The notes under the pieces: generated by a model | Told to the model about the DNA's origin: nothing | The model's input: only the letters and a program-made list of their open reading frames with translations | The model's database searches: none | Assembly: GCA_964371245.1 (NCBI GenBank) | Contig: CAYJKP010000001.1 | Coordinates: forward strand, 443,042 to 507,041 | DNA from: an uncultured Gammaproteobacteria bacterium | GTDB lineage: Bacteria; Patescibacteriota; Patescibacteriia; JAHIZJ01 | Length of the DNA stretch: 64,000 bases | Direction of reading: 5' to 3' | Part shown: piece after piece, positions 28,689 to 38,378 of the stretch | Layout of the letters: each line of letters begins with the position of its first letter | Numbering within the stretch: the first letter of the stretch is position 1 | Program-made: the position numbers and the translations under genes

Positions 28689-29231
28689 ATGATACGAGCA
28701 TTTGTTTCCATACCTGTTCCGAAAAACTTTTTTATGGAATATGGAAAAATTATCCAAGAAAATTTCAGGAGCAATGATTTTTACATCCAACCCGATGAGA
28801 AGATCCATTGTACGCTGGTGTTCCTCGGAAATATTACCGAAGAGCAATTGAGGAAGGCGATTGAAATATTACAAATAGTTTCAAAAAAACATCGGCCACC
28901 CATGGTAACAATAAATAACATTAAGATATTACAAAATAGAAATTTCAATAGACTTGTGTTGTCAATTGAGAAAACAAAACCGCTCATGGATATTCAAAAG
29001 GATCTTCATAATAGATTACGAGCCGCGTCGATTGGACAAATCGAAGGAAGGGAGTATTATCCGCATATAACGCTTGGGAAAATAAAAAAGCAACGCGAGA
29101 TAAAAAATACCCTGCCCGCGTTGGAACAAAAATCGTTTTTCGCCACCACTATTGACCTCATGCGGAGCACGCTGTCATCAACCGGTTCAACGTATGATAT
29201 CTTAGTTCGCTGTAACTTTTCTCATGCATAA
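28689..29231 (+). CDS. thpR: RNA 2',3'-cyclic phosphodiesterase / 2'-5' RNA ligase (2H phosphoesterase)
   Basis: Two H-x-T-x motifs, HCTLVFLG and HITLGK. Confidence 0.8.
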   Translation: MIRAFVSIPVPKNFFMEYGKIIQENFRSNDFYIQPDEKIHCTLVFLGNITEEQLRKAIEILQIVSKKHRPPMVTINNIKILQNRNFNRLVLSIEKTKPLMDIQKDLHNRLRAASIGQIEGREYYPHITLGKIKKQREIKNTLPALEQKSFFATTIDLMRSTLSSTGSTYDILVRCNFSHA

Positions 29232-29967
29232 AGTAACAATATTAGGCGTTCAGATCGATAGCTTTACGAACGAGGAATTAATACAAAAACTCGAGCAGTA
29301 TTTGTTTGGCCAAAAGTCTCATTTAATCGTTACGCCAAATCCGGAATTCTGCATCCAGGCTACCCGTGATCATGAGTTTCGTGATATTCTTAATTCCGCC
29401 AGCCTGGCCATCCCGGACGGGATCGGTTTAAAATTTGCCGGCTGGTATCTCGGTCAGCCGATCACGCGGCGGGTAACAGGGGTTTCACTGGTTGAAGAAT
29501 TATGCCGCCAGGCGCGCGACAAGAATCTCAGCGTCTTTTTTCTGGGCGCGCTCAACGATATCGCGCATCGCACGGCGGCGAGTATGAAAGAAAAATATCC
29601 GGGGCTCCAAGTTGTCGGCGCGGAAAACGAATACGATTTCCTTGGCCGGAAACGTTCTGACAACGACATGATTGCGAGGATAAACAGAAAAAAACCCGCT
29701 ATCCTGTTTCTCGCGTTCGGCGCACCCGCCCAAGAAAAATGGCTGGCGCGAAATCTTCACTTCTTTGAAACGGTAAAAATCGCGGTCGGCGTCGGCGGTT
29801 CATTTGACTATTTATCAGGCCAGGTGCGTCGGGCGCCGGTGGTGATGCGTACGCTGGGATTAGAATGGCTATACCGGCTCATGAAACAGCCCTGGCGCAT
29901 CCGCCGCATCTATCGCGCCGTGATCGTATTCCCGATGAAAGTAATTATTTCTAAATTTTTTCAATAA
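29224..29967 (+). CDS. WecB/TagA/CpsF-family glycosyltransferase (GT26)
   Basis: C-terminal signature GVGGSFD...RAP...GLEWLYRL...PWRIRR. Confidence 0.8.
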   Translation: MHKVTILGVQIDSFTNEELIQKLEQYLFGQKSHLIVTPNPEFCIQATRDHEFRDILNSASLAIPDGIGLKFAGWYLGQPITRRVTGVSLVEELCRQARDKNLSVFFLGALNDIAHRTAASMKEKYPGLQVVGAENEYDFLGRKRSDNDMIARINRKKPAILFLAFGAPAQEKWLARNLHFFETVKIAVGVGGSFDYLSGQVRRAPVVMRTLGLEWLYRLMKQPWRIRRIYRAVIVFPMKVIISKFFQ

Positions 29968-31433
29968 TGCCAAAAAAAACGACCGAAGATGTCCGCGTAC
30001 GATTCGCACCGAGCCCAACTGGCTATCTTCACATTGGCGGCCTCAGGACAGCCTTGTTTAACTGGCTTTTTGCTAAGAAACACGAGGGTACTTTTATCTT
30101 ACGGATCGAAGACACGGACCAGCGGCGCTACGTTGAAAAAAGCGTAGAAGCCATCACTGAATCGTTAGCTTGGTGCGGCTTGCATTATGACGAAGGTCCG
30201 GACAAGGAAGGGGATTGCGGTCCATATATTCAATCGCAACGACTGGAAATATACAGAAAATATGCCAAAGAATTGGTACAAAACAATAAGGCGTATTACT
30301 GTTTTTGCACGACTGAGCGACTGGCTGAACTGAAGACGCAGCAAGCCGCTCAAAAAATTGCGCCTCGCTATGATCAGCGCTGCCGTTCGCTCGATCCGGC
30401 CGAGGCTGAAAAACGGGTTCACGCCGGCGAGCCGCACGTCATTCGGATGAAATTGCCGAACGAAGGGGCGCTTGTCGTCAATGATCTTGTTCGCGGTCAG
30501 GTTGAATTTTCATATCGCTATCTTGATGATGCTGTCATTATGAAGACAGACGGTTTTCCAACGTATCAGCTGGCCAGTGTCATTGATGATCATCTTATGC
30601 GCATCAGTCACGTGATCAGGGCAGAGGAGTGGTTGCCAAGCACGCCGAAGCATGTTTTTCTTTATGAAGCGCTTGGCTGGGATTTGCCGCAGTTTGCCCA
30701 CTTGCCATTAATCATGAGTCCTCAGGGTGGGAAACTCAGCAAGCGTGATGGCGCGGTTTCGACCCTCGAATACCGCGAGGCCGGCTATTTGCCAGAGGCG
30801 ATATTAAACTTCATTGTTTTATTGGGCTGGAATCCGAAAACTGAGCAAGAAATATTTACGGTACCTGAACTCATTGAACAATTTTCGCTTGATAAGGTAA
30901 ACAAATCCGGCGCGGTTTTTAATCTTGAAAAGCTTAACTTCATAAACGGCCGCCATATTCGTTTGTTGCCTGTAAAAGAGCTTGCTCAGCGGTGCTTGCC
31001 ATATTTTAAAAAAGCAAATTGGCCGTCATTAGAAAAAGCTCCGCTCGAAAAAATAGTAAAACTGGCTCAGGATCGCATGGTAACCCTGGCCGAAGCCGTC
31101 TCGCTGACAAAATTTATTGTTGAACTAGACGATTATGATCCGACGATATTAATTCCGAAAAAAAGTAATCAAGCTGACACGGTAAAAAATTTATTACTGG
31201 CAAAGGATATATATAACGGAGTAGGGGGGAATAAATTCCTTGCTAAGGAATTAAAGAGTATTTGCATAAAAAGAATTGACGAGCTGTCTTTAAAAACCGG
31301 CGATCTCTTATGGCCTTTGCGCGTGGCGTTATCGGGTTTAAAGGCCTCGCCGGATGTCTTTGAAATCAGTGAGGTGCTTGGAAAACAGGAATCACTGCGG
31401 CGCCTTGATCTCGCGATACAGAAAGTGCAATAG
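29967..31433 (+). CDS. gltX: glutamyl-tRNA synthetase
   Basis: The HIGH-type motif PTGYLHIGG and the KLSKR motif are present. Confidence 0.95.
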   Translation: MPKKTTEDVRVRFAPSPTGYLHIGGLRTALFNWLFAKKHEGTFILRIEDTDQRRYVEKSVEAITESLAWCGLHYDEGPDKEGDCGPYIQSQRLEIYRKYAKELVQNNKAYYCFCTTERLAELKTQQAAQKIAPRYDQRCRSLDPAEAEKRVHAGEPHVIRMKLPNEGALVVNDLVRGQVEFSYRYLDDAVIMKTDGFPTYQLASVIDDHLMRISHVIRAEEWLPSTPKHVFLYEALGWDLPQFAHLPLIMSPQGGKLSKRDGAVSTLEYREAGYLPEAILNFIVLLGWNPKTEQEIFTVPELIEQFSLDKVNKSGAVFNLEKLNFINGRHIRLLPVKELAQRCLPYFKKANWPSLEKAPLEKIVKLAQDRMVTLAEAVSLTKFIVELDDYDPTILIPKKSNQADTVKNLLLAKDIYNGVGGNKFLAKELKSICIKRIDELSLKTGDLLWPLRVALSGLKASPDVFEISEVLGKQESLRRLDLAIQKVQ

Positions 31434-31439
31434 AAATAT

Positions 31440-31468
31440 TTGCATAATTATTGAATTTGTAGTATACT
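31440..31468 (+). promoter_or_regulatory. promoter TTGCAT-N17-TATACT
   Basis: It lies just after the gltX stop, upstream of the M23 peptidase gene. Confidence 0.4.
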
Positions 31469-31491
31469 ACTACAATATAAAATATTTCGCT

Positions 31492-32775
31492 TTGCCTACA
31501 CTAAATAAAAGAAAACTCATATTTTCTCTCGGCATCCTGCTTCTTCTTGGAGTAGGCATTTTCGTATCTGGTAAATATACGGTCTGGGCGATCGACGATC
31601 CGACGCAAAATTCGAATCAGAATACGAATACTGAAAAAAGCAAGCTCACTGATGATGAAATAATCGATCTGAATCGACAGATCCAAGAACGCCGCCAAGC
31701 CCTGGAGCAACTAAACGATCAAAATAAAGCCTACCAGCAGGCGCTTGCCTTGAAGCAGCAGGAAACATTGACGCTCTCAAACCAAGTAGAGGTCATCGAC
31801 GATCAGATTGCAAAAACGGAGCTCGAAATACAAATTGCCGAGACGGAAATCGATACCTTAAAACTGCAAATACGCGAAGTTGAATCAAAGATTGCCGATC
31901 GTGAAAATCAGATCAACGATCAAAAGACGCGTTTATCGGAATTGATACGCGTCCTGAATAAATCGAAGAACGTCAGTCCACTCGTTATTTTCTTTAAGGA
32001 AAATACCTTCTCGGACTTTTTTTCGCAAATGAATTATCTCGAGGAATTGGAGCATAAATTGAAAAAGTCTCTCGACGATGTTAAAAAGCTCAAGACCGAA
32101 CTTGAAACCGTAAACACGGAACTGAATGGAAAAGAGGATGAACTTCAACAAACGAAAGACAAACTTGAAGCTGAACAAGCCGAAGCTGAAAGTCAACGCA
32201 GCTACAAAACGCAGTTGCTTGATGAGACTCGTTCGAGTGAATCGCAATATCAGGAACTCCTTGACGCCGTAAAACGTGAACAGGCTTCGGTGAGCTATGA
32301 TATCACGTCGATTGAAGACACAATCAGGAAGAAGCTTGCCGGAGATGACACCTTAACCGATGACACGACGACGCTGTCGTGGCCAGTCAGTCCGCTCGGT
32401 GGCATTACTGCGACGTTTCATGATCCCGCTTATATTTTCCGACGCATATTCGAACATCCGGCCATTGATATTCGAGCGAAACAGGGGACACCTGTTAAAG
32501 CGGCGGCGGCTGGCTATGTGGCCAGAGCAAAAGACGCCGGTCTTGGCTATAGCTATATTATGTTAATTCATGGAGATGGTATTTCGACCGTCTACGGGCA
32601 TATCAGTTCGATCAAGGTTCAAGAAGAGTCTTATGTTACCCGCGGACAGGTCATTGGGTTGAGCGGCGGTATGCCTGGAACTTCCGGCGCCGGCCGATTG
32701 ACGACTGGACCACACCTTCACTTTGAAGTTCGAAAAGATGGTATTCCGGTAAATCCAATCGATTACCTACCGTAA
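31492..32775 (+). CDS. secreted/membrane-anchored M23 family metallopeptidase with a long coiled coil (EnvC-like)
   Basis: The C-terminal M23 active site (HGDGISTVYGH, GPHLHFEV) is intact. The ORF-track start at 31354 lies inside gltX; a TTG at 31492 immediately precedes the signal/anchor sequence. Confidence 0.7.
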   Translation: MPTLNKRKLIFSLGILLLLGVGIFVSGKYTVWAIDDPTQNSNQNTNTEKSKLTDDEIIDLNRQIQERRQALEQLNDQNKAYQQALALKQQETLTLSNQVEVIDDQIAKTELEIQIAETEIDTLKLQIREVESKIADRENQINDQKTRLSELIRVLNKSKNVSPLVIFFKENTFSDFFSQMNYLEELEHKLKKSLDDVKKLKTELETVNTELNGKEDELQQTKDKLEAEQAEAESQRSYKTQLLDETRSSESQYQELLDAVKREQASVSYDITSIEDTIRKKLAGDDTLTDDTTTLSWPVSPLGGITATFHDPAYIFRRIFEHPAIDIRAKQGTPVKAAAAGYVARAKDAGLGYSYIMLIHGDGISTVYGHISSIKVQEESYVTRGQVIGLSGGMPGTSGAGRLTTGPHLHFEVRKDGIPVNPIDYLP

Positions 32776-32794
32776 AAAAACAATTCCGTATCAA

Positions 32795-32820
32795 AAGAAG
32801 GGCTTGCAGCCCTTTTTGTT
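32795..32820. terminator. bidirectional terminator AAGGGCT-TGC-AGCCCTT
   Basis: A perfect 7-bp stem flanked by A- and T-runs sits between convergent genes. Confidence 0.55.
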
Positions 32821-32868
32821 ACAGGGGAGGATTGTTAATGTGTCGCACAATATACAATTTATGAACCA

Positions 32869-33564
32869 TTATGCATAGGGGTCCGATAAAGGGGTGTATT
32901 TATTGAATGTAATAATAAATTCGTCTAACGAGACAAGTATGATGTTTTCTCTTATTTTATTCTTTTGAGTTTTGCGCCTAATATTTGTCATCTCATTATC
33001 AATACCTGCATTTGTCACGCATAAATATATAAGAAACGGAAAATCCTTATAAAAAATATATTTCATTGTTACATTTTGAGAAAAATGTCTATAATCGTTT
33101 GATGGGCAAAAGACATCCACCGCGAATTTACCATTTTTGTGATATACAATAAAATCTACTCTTATTACCTTATCAGTTAACGTTACCCTAGATTGGTAAT
33201 GTACATATGGTTCATGAAAGCGTCTTACAAGTTTCTCATATATAGATTCTTCGGATATATATCCTCGTTTACCTACCTGAAAAGCTGATCTGCTTCTTGG
33301 CGCACCGGATCGTAAATCGAATTCATTAATATTTAGTTGTTTTCGAATATTTATGATACCGCCAAATTTCCTTTCAAGTGTTTTAACGTTTGGCAAATAT
33401 TGACATAAGGACATATCATACTGACCAGGCCAATGTCCATTCTCCTCGAAAAACTTTCGAAATCCACATAGAACATTGTCCAAAGTCCAGCTGACATTAA
33501 ATTTACTCTTTCCTTCAGGGATTATTAGCACCCCTTTTTCTTGTCGATAAAAATCCTTACGCAT
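32869..33564 (-). CDS. low-GC (about 30%) orphan protein of unknown function
   Basis: 231 aa with no recognised motif. It is compositionally distinct and lies 9 nt downstream of ftsQ. Confidence 0.4.
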   Translation of the reverse strand: MRKDFYRQEKGVLIIPEGKSKFNVSWTLDNVLCGFRKFFEENGHWPGQYDMSLCQYLPNVKTLERKFGGIINIRKQLNINEFDLRSGAPRSRSAFQVGKRGYISEESIYEKLVRRFHEPYVHYQSRVTLTDKVIRVDFIVYHKNGKFAVDVFCPSNDYRHFSQNVTMKYIFYKDFPFLIYLCVTNAGIDNEMTNIRRKTQKNKIRENIILVSLDEFIITFNKYTPLSDPYA

Positions 33565-33573
33565 AACAATATG

Positions 33574-34620
33574 CTATTTATAATACACCCTTCCTGGGTA
33601 TCGAAGGTCAATATACGTCAATCTATCAAATAGGCCGCCGATTTTATCATTATATGACACGGTAAATGCCCCTATTTGATCGTTTGTCGAATACTTTGAT
33701 GAAAAGTACAACTTTACACCGGACGGTACAACGACGATATATTCGACCATTGGCTGCTCCGTGCATGGCACGATTTCTTTCTCGATAACCTCCTCATTGG
33801 TGTTTGTCTCAATATTTGAGTTTATCGTATCGTCAGAATTGGTATTTTCGTTCGTTGTCGTCTCAGTCTCATCTGTTTTTGGTAAATCCGGGCAGTCTCG
33901 GACAATCGTTTCAAAATGATCGATTGATATCTCCTGGTATTTTTCGAGAAACATGCGATTTGTCTCAAGTATGGATTGCGCCAAGGCCGCCGGTATAATC
34001 TGTTGACCGATTGAGACGGCTGATTTTGTCTCATGACGCAATATCGGATAAATAGTTTTCGACGGTTCTTCCGCCGCTGGAGCGCCTTCTTTTGTTTCCA
34101 CAACGGGATTAAGGTATTGCTCACTGATCACATATCCCTGGCGATCGAGAAGATATGACTGGTTGTCCGCCTGAAGGATGAGTTGGGCAGTTCGTTCACG
34201 AAACGTAACGTGGATCGTATGCGGAAAAGCCTTCTCTATCGTCAACGTTTCTAACGATATTTTATTCATGAGATCCTTATCAAGCCAATTTTTCAGGCGG
34301 TTCGACGACACGAGAAACCAGTTGTCGTTTTTTATGACGCCAAGCATTTTTCCCTGCAAATATTCGTCTACCCTGTTTTCAATAAATGAGATCCGATCAG
34401 TTGTTCCGCCTTCAACCGTTATTTCCCGTATTTGGAACACCGGCGAAATAAAAAGGAAATACGAGACCGCCAGACAGACAATGATTATGCCGATTACAAT
34501 AAATCGCTGGCGGCGTTTCCTTTTCTCGGAAAACGATTCTCTCGGAAAATACGGATTGCGGTAATTCAATTGTTTCGTGACGAATCTTCGTGATGACGTC
34601 CAATCGCGATAGTCTGCCAT
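33574..34620 (-). CDS. ftsQ: cell division protein FtsQ/DivIB with a TN/E-rich low-complexity insertion
   Basis: One TM helix, POTRA (FQIREITVEGG), the C-terminal YIDLRYPGRVYY, and the conserved ddl-ftsQ order are present. Confidence 0.7.
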   Translation of the reverse strand: MADYRDWTSSRRFVTKQLNYRNPYFPRESFSEKRKRRQRFIVIGIIIVCLAVSYFLFISPVFQIREITVEGGTTDRISFIENRVDEYLQGKMLGVIKNDNWFLVSSNRLKNWLDKDLMNKISLETLTIEKAFPHTIHVTFRERTAQLILQADNQSYLLDRQGYVISEQYLNPVVETKEGAPAAEEPSKTIYPILRHETKSAVSIGQQIIPAALAQSILETNRMFLEKYQEISIDHFETIVRDCPDLPKTDETETTTNENTNSDDTINSNIETNTNEEVIEKEIVPCTEQPMVEYIVVVPSGVKLYFSSKYSTNDQIGAFTVSYNDKIGGLFDRLTYIDLRYPGRVYYK

Positions 34621-34623
34621 AGC

Positions 34624-35727
34624 CTATAAATACCAATTTTTTGAAGGCTGGTACGATGAAACGATCCGCTCGCGTTCGCGGTGACGCTCGAGCGCAAGCG
34701 TAATGAGTCGATCGAGCAATTTCGGATACGCCAGTCCAGAGGCTGACCATAACTTCGGATACATGCTGATGCTTGTGAATCCGGGCAGCGTATTAATTTC
34801 ATTGACCAAAACCCGGTTTGTCCCCTTTTCGATAAAAAAGTCGACGCGGGCCAGTCCAGCACAATCAATCGCCAAAAAGGCTTTCACGGCAAGCTGCTGG
34901 ACGATTTTCCTTTGGGTTAATGTGATTGGCGCCGGAAGCAGCAATTCTGATTCGCCGTCGATATATTTCGCCTCATAGTCATAAAACTCGCGATTTGGCA
35001 CGATTTCTCCAGGGACCGAAGCGATAGGATTATTATTGCCCAAGACCGAACACTCGATTTCATGACCGTCGATCGCCTCTTCGATCAGCGCTTTTCGGTC
35101 GTAGGTAAAAGCGGTATTGAGCCCGCGGACAGTTTCATTAAGACTCCGGCATTTCATTATCCCAACGCTTGAGCCGAGATTAGCCGGTTTTGTAAAGTTT
35201 GGAAAGCCTATCTCTGAACGTATTTTTGAAATGATATCCTTGCGTTTCTTGCTCCATTCCGATTTCGTCAGCGGGACATATTTTGGGCCAGGAAGTTTGG
35301 CATTCTGAAAAAGCGCTTTCATGATAACTTTATCCATACCGCACGCTGAACCAACGACACCAGCCCCGACATATGGAAGATGGGCCAGCTCGAGCAAGCC
35401 TTGAATCGTGCCGTCCTCGCCATATGGCCCATGTAAAACCGGAAATATTACATCGATTTTCGATTGTAACAACAGACGTTGTTTTCTCGATGTTTCCGGC
35501 ACGATCGCTTCGCGTCTAAACTCCGAACCTTTCCCTGTTTTTAAATACTTCATGGCATCCGGACCGATCAGCCAATGGCCACCTTTCGTTATACCAATTG
35601 GCACGACACGGTATCTCTTCTTATCAAGTCCGGCCATAACGGCCTGCGCGGAAACAAGCGAAACCTCGTGTTCACCCGACTGACCGCCGAATATGACGCC
35701 GACTGTTAATTTACCCGGTTGTCTCAT
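34624..35727 (-). CDS. ddl: D-alanine--D-alanine ligase
   Basis: An ATP-grasp fold with N-terminal GVIFGGQSGEHEVSL. Confidence 0.9.
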   Translation of the reverse strand: MRQPGKLTVGVIFGGQSGEHEVSLVSAQAVMAGLDKKRYRVVPIGITKGGHWLIGPDAMKYLKTGKGSEFRREAIVPETSRKQRLLLQSKIDVIFPVLHGPYGEDGTIQGLLELAHLPYVGAGVVGSACGMDKVIMKALFQNAKLPGPKYVPLTKSEWSKKRKDIISKIRSEIGFPNFTKPANLGSSVGIMKCRSLNETVRGLNTAFTYDRKALIEEAIDGHEIECSVLGNNNPIASVPGEIVPNREFYDYEAKYIDGESELLLPAPITLTQRKIVQQLAVKAFLAIDCAGLARVDFFIEKGTNRVLVNEINTLPGFTSISMYPKLWSASGLAYPKLLDRLITLALERHRERERIVSSYQPSKNWYL

Positions 35728-35742
35728 ATGTGTCGTAAAATG

Positions 35743-36879
35743 TTAGACTACCCTTCTCTTCAATAATGGGTTTATTCTCGTCACGATTTCGTAATTTATT
35801 GTTCCAGCTTTTTCGGCTAACTCTTCAGCGCTGATATTTTCTTTTCCCTGCGTGCCAATCAGTGTCGCCTGTTCCCCTACTCTGACACCAGGGATGTCCG
35901 TAACGTCAACCATGGTCATGTTCATGCAAATCCTGCCCAGCACCCGGGCCCGGCGCGAACGGATCAATGCTTCACCGTGATTTGATAATTTCCGATCATA
36001 TCCATCCCAATACCCAATCGGCAAAACAGCGATCTTGGTGCGACGCTTGGTTTTGTAGGTACAGCCATAGCCCACATACGTATTAATCGGAACATTTTTT
36101 ATCTGGATAATTGTCGTGTGCCAGCTCAGGACTGGCCGAAGTTTAAAACCATTGAAATGCCGTTCATACAGGGCTTTTGTATCTTTCGATGGCCACAATC
36201 CATACAAACTTATACCGATCCGAACAAGACTGTTTCGAGAATTTGGATTTATGATCGTCGCGGCTGAACACGCGAGGTGTCGGACATTGATATCAAGCCC
36301 GCTCTTTTCTAATGCTTGACAAATACTATTAAAGGTCTTGATTTGTTTATTGGTATACTCTTGATTAAAATTTTCCGAGTCCGCCAAGTGGGAGAAAATA
36401 CCCGTAATTTTTAGACCGGGGAGCTTCTTAACAGCTTTTGCTACGCCCAATACGTCTTTCGGCAAAATTCCTAAACGCGTTGTTCCAACATCGATTTTTA
36501 AATGGACTGAAAGGGTTTTATGAAGTCTTTTCATCACCCGAGAAATCGTCTTGGCTCCTTCAAGGTCAAAAACTGGGAAGACGATATTTTTATTTGCTGC
36601 CAGGGAAATATTTTTCTCGTTAAAAAAACTCAGTACGAGTATGGGCGTTTTAATTCCAGACTTTCGTATTACCAGCGCTTCATCTAAACTCACGACACCG
36701 AGCCAATCAGATGTCGGAGCGACAATCTTTGCTACCTCAAGTATGCCATGCCCATAGGCATTGCTTTTAATAATCGGCATTATTGAAACGCCTGGCCCAA
36801 GCAGTTCATGAAAGGCGGCGAGGTTGTTTAATAAGGCTGATTTACTGATTTCCAGCCACGTCAGGTGGTTGTTTGCCAT
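35743..36879 (-). CDS. alr: alanine racemase
   Basis: The PLP-lysine motif IIKSNAYGHG is present. Confidence 0.9.
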   Translation of the reverse strand: MANNHLTWLEISKSALLNNLAAFHELLGPGVSIMPIIKSNAYGHGILEVAKIVAPTSDWLGVVSLDEALVIRKSGIKTPILVLSFFNEKNISLAANKNIVFPVFDLEGAKTISRVMKRLHKTLSVHLKIDVGTTRLGILPKDVLGVAKAVKKLPGLKITGIFSHLADSENFNQEYTNKQIKTFNSICQALEKSGLDINVRHLACSAATIINPNSRNSLVRIGISLYGLWPSKDTKALYERHFNGFKLRPVLSWHTTIIQIKNVPINTYVGYGCTYKTKRRTKIAVLPIGYWDGYDRKLSNHGEALIRSRRARVLGRICMNMTMVDVTDIPGVRVGEQATLIGTQGKENISAEELAEKAGTINYEIVTRINPLLKRRVV

Positions 36880-36942
36880 AGAAAAATAAAAAGGCTTCCA
36901 ATGAATTATAATGGATTCCCAGCGTTTTGTGAAATATGCTTG

Positions 36943-37386
36943 TTATTTGTTTAACTTTCGCTCCACCCAGTCAAGATTTATCTTCAATATTTCGTGTTTT
37001 ACCATTTCTCTGGCTTGTTCATATGGAAGCCAATAAGCGTGGCTTACTTGCTGGGTATTCGGCGTTATTTCTTCTACCTCGGTTTTAACAAGAAATACCT
37101 GGTATTTCGCAGGTTGTTTGTATCGTGATGACCCTTGGATCGAAAAAACGAATGAATTCGTCAGAGGAAGCTCCTCTATTTGTTCGTCGGCTGGTATAAA
37201 ATTGATTTCCTCCTGCAATTCGCGTTTTATGGTGTCACGCATCTCTTCGCCGCTGTCACTGGCGCCCCCGGGAAACGTGTGATTGCCGCTAAAAACGTTA
37301 TGGGTAACTAAGTAGACTCGTCCGCGCGGGGTCTCACGATAAATTATGGCGATCGCGCCGTTCATGATTGTTGAACCGTCATTCAT
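36943..37386 (-). CDS. NUDIX hydrolase
   Basis: The Nudix box GGASDSGEEMRDTIKRELQEEINF is present. Confidence 0.8.
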   Translation of the reverse strand: MNDGSTIMNGAIAIIYRETPRGRVYLVTHNVFSGNHTFPGGASDSGEEMRDTIKRELQEEINFIPADEQIEELPLTNSFVFSIQGSSRYKQPAKYQVFLVKTEVEEITPNTQQVSHAYWLPYEQAREMVKHEILKINLDWVERKLNK

Positions 37387-38378
37387 TACGTGTCACTGAA
37401 TTTTAGATAATATGTTTTTGGCTTGAGTTCGTTGTGGACGACCGTTTTCCAGATAGGATCGTTGTCTGACAATCGCTGCAGGGTACCGTCAGCCTGATAG
37501 AGTGGATCGACGATGCGGGATTTTACGTGTACTTCCGCTTCATAATCATGTGGGTCATTTGCATACGGTATTTTATTATTCATTCTCGTCCAAAGTTTTT
37601 GCAGCTGTGTGTCAATCGGTAAATGCGAATTTATTTTCTTCAACACATCATTATCAGTTGTATAGAGGTCATCGAGTGTTATATAGTGTTGCTTCAAGCC
37701 ATGTTTGAGGAAACTGCCAACCGAGTAAAACATGACAGCCGATTGCACATTGGAATAATATTTGCTGTTCATGGCACAAAAAACATCGGCGTATCGGCGC
37801 GCAACTACTTGGTCGGTAAATACCCACTGGCGATCATGAATGCGCAAGGCATTGAGAAATTCCAAGGCTTCAGAGGTGGATATTTCTCCAAAGAGAACGC
37901 CTTCGCGGAATGAATAATCAATACGGTCGGCACATAGATCTGGTAATTCGCGCTCTTTTAAAGGAAAATTTTCATCATTAAGTATATAGTCAACTGCCAG
38001 ATCATATTTTGCAACAATCGCGGGTATGTCGGATGATTTCACATATTGAATATGCAAATTATCTTGATGATGCTGCTTTGCTCCAGAACCCTCAGACAAC
38101 ACATAATCAATGGCATGCGAAAAAACAGAGTGCGACACATCATGAATAAGGCCGGCAACCTGCTCTTCGATCGGGGCGCCATACATTTTCAAAAGATGCA
38201 TCACGCCGATTGAATGCTCGAACCGCGTGCGAGATGTACCCGGAAAATGAGGCTCAAAATATCCGGCTGAATCTATTCCCTCCAGACGTTTAAGGGTCGG
38301 GCTCTCGATCAGTTCCAGCAGCACCGGCTCAGTGATTTCAATATTTCCGTATATCCGGTCTGTTATATGTCGTGACAT
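37386..38378 (-). CDS. HD-domain phosphohydrolase (dNTPase/SAMHD1-like short form)
   Basis: Carries the H...HD...D pattern (FEHSIGV...LIHDVSH). Confidence 0.6.
   Translation of the reverse strand: MSRHITDRIYGNIEITEPVLLELIESPTLKRLEGIDSAGYFEPHFPGTSRTRFEHSIGVMHLLKMYGAPIEEQVAGLIHDVSHSVFSHAIDYVLSEGSGAKQHHQDNLHIQYVKSSDIPAIVAKYDLAVDYILNDENFPLKERELPDLCADRIDYSFREGVLFGEISTSEALEFLNALRIHDRQWVFTDQVVARRYADVFCAMNSKYYSNVQSAVMFYSVGSFLKHGLKQHYITLDDLYTTDNDVLKKINSHLPIDTQLQKLWTRMNNKIPYANDPHDYEAEVHVKSRIVDPLYQADGTLQRLSDNDPIWKTVVHNELKPKTYYLKFSDT

Noticed and set aside
31354-31491. ORF-track N-terminal extension of the M23 peptidase gene into gltX
   Set aside because: The extension lies within the gltX coding sequence and upstream of a clear promoter at 31440-31468. 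The true start is most likely the TTG at 31492, immediately preceding the signal/anchor sequence.
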